Below the pieces are notes generated by a model, which searched no databases, had not been told where the DNA came from, and saw only the letters and a program-made list of their open reading frames with translations. From a virus (Duplodnaviria; Caudoviricetes), in IMG/VR virus record IMGVR_UViG_3300050343_000164, positions 1 through 53,887 of that record: a stretch of DNA of 53,887 nt; one strand, given 5' to 3'. Below are positions 46,485-53,887 of the stretch, piece by piece. The translations under genes were made by a program, and so were the position numbers. Every line of letters begins with the position of its first letter. Position 1 is the stretch's first letter.

Positions 46485-47515
46485 TACAAGAGATCTCCTC
46501 GCAATCGTTTGATGGTTGCATCAGGAAGCGCGTTAAACTCGTCTTCCGTCATGTTGCTAATGTCCAACGCCTTCTCCCCGCGTGCAGCAGAGCTCTCCCC
46601 AGGTAACTCGGGCGGTTGCGACTTAGCTGCTTTGAGCTTTTTGTTTACCTCGGCCCGCTTTTTGGCAACTTCGTCCTGCATAGGAGCCGCTGTTTGCGTC
46701 AAAGTGGACTCCTGCGCGACATCAGTAACCAAATCGTGGTCCTTAATGACGAAACTGGCAGCTTTTGACAGTGCGTCTACCGCCTCGAAGCCCTGAACGA
46801 TGAATGCGTCGCGCAAATCGATGACTTCTTGAGTGAAATCGGCGTTATATTCGGCGGCGTTCTGATCAAACACCGGGAAATTAGCCTCTAGCTCGTTCGC
46901 AGCAGCCTGTAACGCGGTCGCCTGTGCGTTTTGCGACACTGTTTGCTGCATCTTCTGGCCCATGTCGAACTCAAGCTGGGTTTTTTCGGCGGTACGGATC
47001 TGCTGTCGGAGCTGCACAGCCTCTGCTTCCTTGCCGTCGAGCAGTAAGTTCATGTACTCGCGCTCTTTCGCGTCAAAGTCATAGGAATCAGGCGCATCCG
47101 CAGCGGGTTCTTGCGCTTTCTTCATGTCCTCAACCTGCTTCTGAAGCGCTTTTTGCTTCGCAAGCACCTCATCTAGCCGCGATTTCGGCACCATGGGCTT
47201 ACTAGTAGTAACGTCGGGCTCCTGGGCGGGCTCCGGCGCTGCTTCTTCAGCAACAACTTCTTCAGTTTCCTCGGCTACGGGCTCCTCTTCGGCTGCCGTT
47301 TCCTCTGCTTCTTCGGCTTCTTCGGCTTCGGCGACTACCTCTTCCTCGACCGCTTCCTCAACCTCTTCGGCTTCGGCAACCGGCTCTTCCGTGGGCTCAT
47401 CGCCCAAACCGAAATTCAGATCAAGTGTTTCATTCTGCTCTGTGGCTTTATCGGCACCGGGCATAGCATCAAAAACGGTGTCGAACTGATCGGTTGGGGT
47501 ATCTTTCTTCGCCAT
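46484..47515 (-). CDS. Capsid scaffolding protein
   Basis: Acidic N-terminus, VPKSRLDEV, coiled coil, MTEDEFNALP..KRLRGD end; lies between portal and capsid genes. Confidence 0.8.
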   Translation of the reverse strand: MAKKDTPTDQFDTVFDAMPGADKATEQNETLDLNFGLGDEPTEEPVAEAEEVEEAVEEEVVAEAEEAEEAEETAAEEEPVAEETEEVVAEEAAPEPAQEPDVTTSKPMVPKSRLDEVLAKQKALQKQVEDMKKAQEPAADAPDSYDFDAKEREYMNLLLDGKEAEAVQLRQQIRTAEKTQLEFDMGQKMQQTVSQNAQATALQAAANELEANFPVFDQNAAEYNADFTQEVIDLRDAFIVQGFEAVDALSKAASFVIKDHDLVTDVAQESTLTQTAAPMQDEVAKKRAEVNKKLKAAKSQPPELPGESSAARGEKALDISNMTEDEFNALPDATIKRLRGDLL

Positions 47516-47526
47516 AAGGCAATCTC

Positions 47527-49689
47527 CTATTGGGGGTTACGAAAATTCGGTACATCTGTTTGCTTCGGACGGGCTGCTTGCTTCTTGGCTGATGTCTGCA
47601 TAGCCGTAGCAGCCATACGCGTTGCAGCATTCGTTTCCGACTGACTGCGACGTGTCTCGTTTGTAAGGTCAGCAAGCTCGCGTCGTAACATCAGCTCCTG
47701 TTCCTTCATACTCATCTTGCCTTGCAGCTCAGCGACTCTGACCTGCGGATCAACCTCGGCGATATCCTGAACCTTGGCAGCGTTGAGTGCGGCTTCGGTC
47801 TGCGTCTTCTTAACGTCTGCGTCGAGCTGCGCGATCTCAAGCTGCAACTTCTGAATAGCCATCTGTTGCTGCATCGCCATAACCTCGGCCTGCTCCGGTG
47901 TAGGCGGCTCAGCACCAGTAATCTGACGGATACGCTTAGCGAGCTCACCCTTCTTGGCGAGGTGGCTATATTCAATAATCGCGTCATCAGGAATAGCCAC
48001 GCCCACTTGGCGAAGGTTGAGGGCTTCAGCGAACTGAACCTCATCAAACGAGTCGCGCGCAGGTGCAGTAGCAATAACTACGTCGTACTCACCAAGGGTC
48101 AAGTCATTGAGAATCTGACCTTCGGGGGTCATCTCGTTAACTACCATAGGCTCTCTAGGTTTCAGCGGGTCACTGTCGTCTGTGACCATAATGATGCGCT
48201 GCTCGGTATAGAACGCTTGCACCAGATCGAGCACCTTTTCGGCTAGGTACTGTCGGGACTTACGCAAGTTATCTAGCGGCACCTGAATCATTACCACGCC
48301 ACGATTCTGCTTGGCTTGTATAGCTACGCCCGACACTTCGGCGCTGTCTGATCCCAACATGCTGTCGTTGATGCCAGAAATCGTCTTAATGTTGAGCGCT
48401 GCCTTCTGGCTGATACGGTCTAAGCCGGTCGGGATCTGGTTGGGTTGGATCTTTGTCGGCGGTGATGAGCCACGGTTGTATTCGACAACCAGGCCCGTCT
48501 CTGCGCCATGCTCTTCCAAGTCGTCAGCGGACATACCTACCAGCGACCCGCTCTCTACCATCCAGCCACTATTAGCTGTGGTATTAACGATATGCAGCTC
48601 TTGGCTGGCGATCTTGTTTAGCTGCTCCTGCGGTGAGAGCAAGTTTCGCACCATGCCGAATGGTCGCCCTCGGCGGAAATACGCGAAGAAAGGCACGATG
48701 GTGAGATCGTTATACGGGCTCCAGTCATCATGCAGCACGATGTGGTCGCATGTCACAGTCCACCTGACTCGCCGCTTCACCTTACTAATAATGTCTAGAC
48801 CGTACTGCTTGGCGAACTTCTTGGCCTTAGCGTCAGACCAGTTCTCTGGTACATCTCTCGTGTCGCCTGTATTAGGGTCCACGTAGCAGTCAACACGGTG
48901 CATGCGTTTGTGCTGGCGCTCGATGACTCGCAAGGATCTGACGTTGCGGTACTCGTCTTCGCCGGGCACACCTGCGCCGAAATAGTCGTCTGCAGAGTCT
49001 GTATCACCGAAACGATTCTCCTCGTACTCAATGGAATCCCTGCCGAATCCAGACCCGTTCTCAGCAATGAAGCGCAAATCCTCGGCCTTCTTCTTGCCGT
49101 ACAGCTCTTCGATCTCGTCCAGAGTCATCCACTTAGTCTCGAATACTTCGTTCCAGCTCTTGGGGTCTGAGTCCTTGGCGTCTGGGTCAATCAGAATATC
49201 GAGTGGGTCTTTGGCGGTTATGCGAATCTCGCCTTCAACGTGATCGCTGAAGTCCATGCGGACATCAAAATAGCCACGGCCATCGAGGATCAAACCGTCA
49301 CTAAATACCTGCTGCTCGACCCAATCTAACTTGTTGTTGTCAGCAATCTGCATGTACAGCTTGGTCAGGGTCTGGGCAACGTCCATTTCTCCTGCACGGC
49401 GAGGCTTAAACTGCACGTCTGCTCGGCGTGTGGACTGCTCGCCTAGTACCGTATTAACAGTTGGCAAAATTGTATTAATAGTAAGAGCTGGTCGCCCTTC
49501 ATTATCTAGGGCATGCAGATCATCCAAGTCCCACTGATCGCCGCGATAGAAGGCATCGCACTTCTTCGCCATGTCGATATATTCAAGGTGGCCGTTATCA
49601 CGCGCTCGGATATAACGATCCCACTGCTTAGAAGCTACTTCCTGTTGCTCAGCCGCCGTCATCCTTGACAGTTTCTTTTTATAACTCAT
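47527..49689 (-). CDS. Portal protein (P22-like)
   Basis: FYRGDQW, GRPALTIN, GMVRNLLSPQEQLNK, SGVAI, GEYDV; directly after TerL. Confidence 0.9.
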   Translation of the reverse strand: MSYKKKLSRMTAAEQQEVASKQWDRYIRARDNGHLEYIDMAKKCDAFYRGDQWDLDDLHALDNEGRPALTINTILPTVNTVLGEQSTRRADVQFKPRRAGEMDVAQTLTKLYMQIADNNKLDWVEQQVFSDGLILDGRGYFDVRMDFSDHVEGEIRITAKDPLDILIDPDAKDSDPKSWNEVFETKWMTLDEIEELYGKKKAEDLRFIAENGSGFGRDSIEYEENRFGDTDSADDYFGAGVPGEDEYRNVRSLRVIERQHKRMHRVDCYVDPNTGDTRDVPENWSDAKAKKFAKQYGLDIISKVKRRVRWTVTCDHIVLHDDWSPYNDLTIVPFFAYFRRGRPFGMVRNLLSPQEQLNKIASQELHIVNTTANSGWMVESGSLVGMSADDLEEHGAETGLVVEYNRGSSPPTKIQPNQIPTGLDRISQKAALNIKTISGINDSMLGSDSAEVSGVAIQAKQNRGVVMIQVPLDNLRKSRQYLAEKVLDLVQAFYTEQRIIMVTDDSDPLKPREPMVVNEMTPEGQILNDLTLGEYDVVIATAPARDSFDEVQFAEALNLRQVGVAIPDDAIIEYSHLAKKGELAKRIRQITGAEPPTPEQAEVMAMQQQMAIQKLQLEIAQLDADVKKTQTEAALNAAKVQDIAEVDPQVRVAELQGKMSMKEQELMLRRELADLTNETRRSQSETNAATRMAATAMQTSAKKQAARPKQTDVPNFRNPQ

Positions 49690-49690
49690 G

Positions 49691-51355
49691 CTATGCACTC
49701 ATCGCTGATTTTGAGGCACGCTCTGGCCCCACCATGTGTTCCAGTCGATCTCGCCAAGAGGGCGGCTTTACGACTGGTGCTTGGTACGTCGAAAACTCGG
49801 ACATCATCAGACCGAGCCATGCAAGTGCATCGACTTGGTCATCGTGGACCCCATTGGGGAAACGCAGCATCTCTGCTATCAGTGGTCCAGTGAAAACTTC
49901 ATTCCTGGGAAAGAACACCATCCCCTGCTGCATACGTCCCTGTATCGCTCTAGCTCTTGCTTCCTTATCGCGGCGTCCGGTCTTCAAGTCCTTGAAGTAC
50001 GCCTCGTACAAACCACGCTCTCGGACACGTTTCTCTAGAAACGGCCCCAGTGCCATCTCGATATGGCCCTTTTCGATTCCTACGATGCTGGGCTTCCACG
50101 ACTCGTAGAGGTCTAGGATCTGCTCCACCAATTCAAAGCCATCGAACTTCCCGCGCACTACATCAATTACAAACAGTCGATCCTGCTCGTCTACGCCGAT
50201 AACCATGCCGACTGAGAAGTCGTTACGATCGCGCTTACCAATCGCCAAGTCCCATGCTGCGTAGTAGCGCATCTGGTTGTAGTCGAGATCCTCTGGGTCG
50301 TAGTACTGGATCATCTGACGTGTGAAATAGTCACCGTCATCGGCCACCGGATTCTGCTGGTAGAGGGCCGACCAATCTCTCGGTCCAACGGCTCTCTGTA
50401 TCTGTTCGAGAGCTGGCACGTCGTAGCGTTCGGGATGCAGGGCCTCTCCGTACTGCCTGAACTCTTCGTCTTCTTCTGCGATGGCTGGGTATTTAACGAC
50501 GGCCCACTCGTCTCCGCCTTCCGCCCCGGCTTTGAGTAGTCGTCCAGCCAGATCGTCATCGTGCCACCGAGTGAGAATGACCAGTACGCCACCGCCAGGA
50601 GCGAGGCGTGTATAAGCAGTCGACGTATACCAGTCCCAGTTAGCGTCGCGATTATTCTGACTTTCAGCGTCTTCACGGTTCTTTACAGGATCGTCGATGA
50701 CAAGGACGTGTGCGCCCTTACCAGTGATACCGCCACCGACACCAGCAGCAACGTAGCCACCGCCTCCAGTAGTAAGCCATGCCTCCGCACTTTGGGAGTC
50801 TTTGTCCAGACGCGTCTGAAAAGCGGTTTTATATGTTGGCTCACGAAGGAGTTGACGGACTTTCCTACTAAAGCCCATCGCAAGCGAACCCGAATACGAA
50901 CAAGAGATAAATTCATGCTCAGGATGCCTGCCGAGATGCCAAGCCGGGAACGAAACTGACGCCAGCGTACTTTTTCCATGGCGAGGTGGCATAAAGAGCA
51001 TAAGTCTTGGACTCTTCTTTTCAGCCACGTCGCGACTGAACTGCTCCAGCCGTTGGCAGATGTCTTTATGGACCCAACCAGCTTGGTAATCGGCGTTAAA
51101 CCGCTCGACAAAAGGGAGGAGACGCTTTCGTGTGAGGATGCGTAACGCCAGCTCTGCTTTAGCTTTTTGTTCAAGTGTGCCCTCCCTCGGCTCCGGTTCG
51201 TAGACTTCTGTCTCTGAAAGTTGTGGTGCTGGTAGCGCTTCTGCCATAGCGGCTAAGCAGTAAACGCAGGTGTCGATTATGTCGTTTGCAAACAGCGTTT
51301 CTGGCTGCAGTGTTTTGCAGTTAGAACACTCACGTTTAATAATTTCATTCGGCAA
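49691..51355 (-). CDS. terL: Terminase large subunit
   Basis: MPPRHGKS, ITGKGA, LVIDDP, TRWHDDDL, AWDLA, HDDQVDA. Confidence 0.95.
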   Translation of the reverse strand: MPNEIIKRECSNCKTLQPETLFANDIIDTCVYCLAAMAEALPAPQLSETEVYEPEPREGTLEQKAKAELALRILTRKRLLPFVERFNADYQAGWVHKDICQRLEQFSRDVAEKKSPRLMLFMPPRHGKSTLASVSFPAWHLGRHPEHEFISCSYSGSLAMGFSRKVRQLLREPTYKTAFQTRLDKDSQSAEAWLTTGGGGYVAAGVGGGITGKGAHVLVIDDPVKNREDAESQNNRDANWDWYTSTAYTRLAPGGGVLVILTRWHDDDLAGRLLKAGAEGGDEWAVVKYPAIAEEDEEFRQYGEALHPERYDVPALEQIQRAVGPRDWSALYQQNPVADDGDYFTRQMIQYYDPEDLDYNQMRYYAAWDLAIGKRDRNDFSVGMVIGVDEQDRLFVIDVVRGKFDGFELVEQILDLYESWKPSIVGIEKGHIEMALGPFLEKRVRERGLYEAYFKDLKTGRRDKEARARAIQGRMQQGMVFFPRNEVFTGPLIAEMLRFPNGVHDDQVDALAWLGLMMSEFSTYQAPVVKPPSWRDRLEHMVGPERASKSAMSA

Positions 51356-51881
51356 CAGATGGCTCCAAGTAAGCCGTTTCTTTACCCGCGATCTTGATCA
51401 GCTCTTCATCAGACAGGCGTTCCAGCTGCTTAGCCGTTGCGTTTATCTGCACATTTACTTGAGCTTGCGGTTCCTGCTGCACGAGGCCGTGCAACTTAAC
51501 CAGTGAATCTGTTGTGTTCTTCATCTCCGTGGCATTTGATGAAGCGGTGTACGCCTCCATATACATGCCGTGAGCATTGGTAATTGTGAACTTCACCGTC
51601 TCCCGCGCCTGTTCGCGGAAGTAGTCGAGCGCTTTTTTCATCTCGGGGCGACGCATGGCTTTCAACGCGCAGTCATAGTTCTTGTAACCTGCAGCACGAG
51701 ACCCTGCCCTGATGGACATTCCTGATGCAACCAGCATGACGAGCTTTTCCTGCTGCACGGTTAATGTTCCATGATGCACGCCCATGTAAGGCATATGCGC
51801 TTGGAATTCGGTGTGAGTAAGATCAACCCCGTCTTTAATGGAGTCGATGCTTTCCTCCTGTAGTTGCGCCCGTGATTTCAT
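51345..51881 (-). CDS. terS: Terminase small subunit
   Basis: LTVQQEK...RAAGY HTH-like segment; LERLSDEEL; upstream of TerL. Confidence 0.75.
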   Translation of the reverse strand: MKSRAQLQEESIDSIKDGVDLTHTEFQAHMPYMGVHHGTLTVQQEKLVMLVASGMSIRAGSRAAGYKNYDCALKAMRRPEMKKALDYFREQARETVKFTITNAHGMYMEAYTASSNATEMKNTTDSLVKLHGLVQQEPQAQVNVQINATAKQLERLSDEELIKIAGKETAYLEPSVAE

Positions 51882-52113
51882 TTTTTAAATCGTCGTCCAA
51901 CCAAACAAACATAGGTGCGCGTTCACCCAGGTCAGCTATATCTAGCTCCTGTAGAAACGCCCACAACGAGAGCTCGTAACCACGGCTCTGCAATAGTTCT
52001 TCAACGCGTGCGGCATCGTACACAAGTACCTCTTGGCCGCTTTCTCTTAGTCCGATTCCAACAAGGGCTTCTAAAAGCCCCTCTACCGCATACGCTTCAG
52101 TGTGATCGGACAT
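51835..52113 (-). CDS. Hypothetical protein
   Basis: GLLEALVGIG...LVYD...GERAPMFV. Confidence 0.7.
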   Translation of the reverse strand: MSDHTEAYAVEGLLEALVGIGLRESGQEVLVYDAARVEELLQSRGYELSLWAFLQELDIADLGERAPMFVWLDDDLKNEITGATTGGKHRLH

Positions 52114-52121
52114 ACCTATAT

Positions 52122-52136
52122 ATTACCCCCACTAAT
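52122..52136. promoter_or_regulatory. Palindromic operator-like site (1 mismatch)
   Basis: ATTAC CCCCA CTAAT, intergenic ahead of the packaging genes. Confidence 0.75.
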
Positions 52137-52138
52137 AT

Positions 52139-52615
52139 TTAATCACAAGCGTAGTCGTGTATTGTCTTGACCCACCACCAGAACATGTCAGTGGACAAGG
52201 TGTGTCGCATAATGTTGATTCGATACGCAACAAGACGCACGTTCTCCCTGGAGTAACCTTCGTCGTTGTTTAGGCGGTCTATAGATGCGTTGAACTCTTT
52301 CTTTCCTGACCCGTCGAGGTGATGAGTCAGCGCTACACCTGATACCGCACACTTGCCATCCTGCAAATCCCACTGCTGCAACACTTCTTCTGCGGTCAAC
52401 GAGAAACTGTGTGTGTTCCTGCGCGTGCTTCTTAGCTTCGCGAAAAGATTCCTGAGATATGCCTCATGCGAGCCGCCCATGTTTTCGTAGCGTTTGCGGT
52501 TTTTCTGCAGCATGCGGCATGGCGTACATTTCTTGCGCCATGTTCCAGTTGGGTATTGCTCAAATTTAGTGTCTGGTAGCTTTTCTTTACACGTCGTACA
52601 GATCCGTAATCCCAC
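52139..52615 (-). CDS. Zn-ribbon plus His-Me-finger (HNH-like) endonuclease-like protein
   Basis: CTTC...CTPC; QDGKCAVSG...SIDR....GYSRENVRLV...N. Confidence 0.7.
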   Translation of the reverse strand: MGLRICTTCKEKLPDTKFEQYPTGTWRKKCTPCRMLQKNRKRYENMGGSHEAYLRNLFAKLRSTRRNTHSFSLTAEEVLQQWDLQDGKCAVSGVALTHHLDGSGKKEFNASIDRLNNDEGYSRENVRLVAYRINIMRHTLSTDMFWWWVKTIHDYACD

Positions 52616-52884
52616 GGCCTGTCCCTCAAAGTAGCTTACCTAGGAAGATAGGGCCTTAAAAAAATATTGCAAAAAAAAAATTTGAAAACTATTTCTGAAT
52701 CGCTCACGCATTGTCTCCCTTGCCGGGTTGTCCCGCTCCCCTTTCCCCTTTTCCGTTTTTGGAACCTTGTTTCATGTCGATATACATGAACCTTGTCTGT
52801 CAGTAACCCCTTTCGACGCTCGCTTCGCTCTCGCCGCTCATTAATGTTTGTGAGCTATGACGCTCAATTACTTGGAGATACACC

Positions 52885-53085
52885 ATGCTTGGAGATTACT
52901 CAGTTACCTTCACCGATGAGGTGCTCAACCACGACGCTCCCGATCAACTGGCCCTTCCGTTTGGTCAGCTTGAATCAGAGTTCAACGACTACGCAGACTT
53001 CTTCAGTGCTTGCTTCATGCACTCCGACGACCCGCTGCAATCCTTCATCCGCCATGAACTCAACTGCATGGAGCATAACTCATGA
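52885..53085 (+). CDS. Hypothetical early protein
   Basis: GGAG RBS. Confidence 0.7.
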   Translation: MLGDYSVTFTDEVLNHDAPDQLALPFGQLESEFNDYADFFSACFMHSDDPLQSFIRHELNCMEHNS

Positions 53086-53342
53086 AGCAGCTCGAACTGG
53101 ACCTCACAAACTGGGATTACGTGGACAACTGGCCTCACTCAGCAGACCCTTACTTCGAAGTTGACTGTGAAGAAGAAGTGGTTATCGAGAGAGCTATCGC
53201 TGTCTGTTACATCATCGAGGGACACGACAAGCTCTTTGAGACCCGCGAAGACGCCGAGCAACACCGCGACTTCCTCTGCATGACCTACGGTTACCAAGAC
53301 GGCTGGCCTATCAGCGCCGTTTCATTCGAATACGCTCAATAA
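53082..53342 (+). CDS. Hypothetical early protein
   Basis: GGAG RBS; ATGA coupling. Confidence 0.7.
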   Translation: MKQLELDLTNWDYVDNWPHSADPYFEVDCEEEVVIERAIAVCYIIEGHDKLFETREDAEQHRDFLCMTYGYQDGWPISAVSFEYAQ

Positions 53343-53352
53343 GGAGATCATC

Positions 53353-53562
53353 ATGAGATTCCACAACTTCGACATCCCACGCACCGAGTCAATGCAACAA
53401 GCCTTTGACTTCATGGGTCTTGATGAAGACCAGCAACGCGAAGCAACCGCCGAGGTATACAAGATGGCTGTCACCGCTTCCGCTCACGACATCGTCGACA
53501 CCGTCAAGCGCAACCCCGGCAAGTTCCTCACTGCCTTCATCGCTGGCGCAATCACCTTCTAA
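53353..53562 (+). CDS. Hypothetical early protein
   Basis: AAGGAG RBS. Confidence 0.75.
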   Translation: MRFHNFDIPRTESMQQAFDFMGLDEDQQREATAEVYKMAVTASAHDIVDTVKRNPGKFLTAFIAGAITF

Positions 53563-53574
53563 TTGGAGATCATC

Positions 53575-53676
53575 ATGAAAGAACTCGTTAATCACCTGCT
53601 CGCTACGGCGTTAGGCATGGCTCTTGCCTTCATCGTAGTCCCTTACATCATCATGCCTATGATCAATGGAGCATGA
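53575..53676 (+). CDS. 33-aa single-TM peptide (not in ORF track)
   Basis: GGAG RBS; MKELVNHLLATALGMALAFIVVPYIIMPMINGA. Confidence 0.65.
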   Translation: MKELVNHLLATALGMALAFIVVPYIIMPMINGA

Positions 53677-53679
53677 CTC

Positions 53680-53769
53680 ATGATTCAGTTCGCAATTCTC
53701 ATGGGGGTCTTATTGGCCCCTGTGTTTCTCAGCATGGTTCTTGTCAATCTGGAGGATCGGGGTGAATAG
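53680..53769 (+). CDS. 29-aa single-TM peptide (not in ORF track)
   Basis: GGAG RBS; MIQFAILMGVLLAPVFLSMVLVNLEDRGE. Confidence 0.55.
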   Translation: MIQFAILMGVLLAPVFLSMVLVNLEDRGE

Positions 53770-53887
53770 CCCCCTTACTCACAGCTCAATTCACTATCAT
53801 CGCGTGCCATTCATGCACCATGATCCGTGATTCATGCCGCGTGTGACGGGGGACATCGGCGAGATGGGGTGTGTGCCATGTGTGCCA

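Larger units (their letters stand above)
1..53887. mobile_element. Temperate tailed phage genome, near-complete, excised form, probable podovirus morphotype
   Basis: Replication, packaging, capsid, tail, lysis and int/xis modules with intact attP, and no host housekeeping genes. The early + strand cluster at the right end appears to continue at position 1, which begins mid-gene, so a piece is missing. Confidence 0.95.

Noticed and set aside
28-53595. Numerous antisense and nested ORFs in the six-frame track (e.g. 47722..48246, 48311..48886, 37225..37689, 19955..20173)
   Set aside because: They are shadows of well-supported genes on the opposite strand or in another frame, or span attP, with no RBS or recognisable motifs.
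1-53887. Terminal direct repeats or a complete circular genome
   Set aside because: The two ends do not overlap and base 1 is mid-gene, so the genome is not closed.

Overview
The window is a nearly complete ~54 kb temperate tailed dsDNA phage genome in excised form (intact attP). It probably has a podovirus-type virion: P22-like portal, internal virion proteins, and no tape-measure or tail-tube gene. The host is probably a gammaproteobacterium, judged from a tRNA-Cys-like attP core and CsrA- and SutA-like genes. The + strand arm (52885..53887, probably continuing at 1..18827) carries small early genes, an AAA/HEXXH-vWA module, PolA (Leu762 type), a primase-helicase, a Cas4/RecB-like nuclease, a lipoprotein, a GP88-like protein, a SNF2 helicase, an SSB-like protein, a nuclease, an XRE regulator and Xis. 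The - strand arm (52615..18811) carries TerS, TerL, portal, scaffold, very basic small proteins, the major capsid protein, adaptors, a GNAT, internal virion proteins, lysis genes, tail fibres, attP and a tyrosine integrase. The most notable unexplained signals are: (1) a ~210-nt structured leader ahead of the capsid gene, with two repeated pseudoknot units and a hairpin loop exactly complementary to the capsid Shine-Dalgarno; (2) a palindrome ATTAG-N5-CTAAT present 8 times perfectly and about 7 times imperfectly, mostly at gene junctions on both arms, with no classic cI/cro switch; (3) SutA-like and CsrA-like regulators flanking the DNA polymerase; (4) a 21-bp identical junction shared by two tail-fibre genes; (5) two frameshifts in adjacent internal virion genes. 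All family calls come from manual motif recognition, not database searches.
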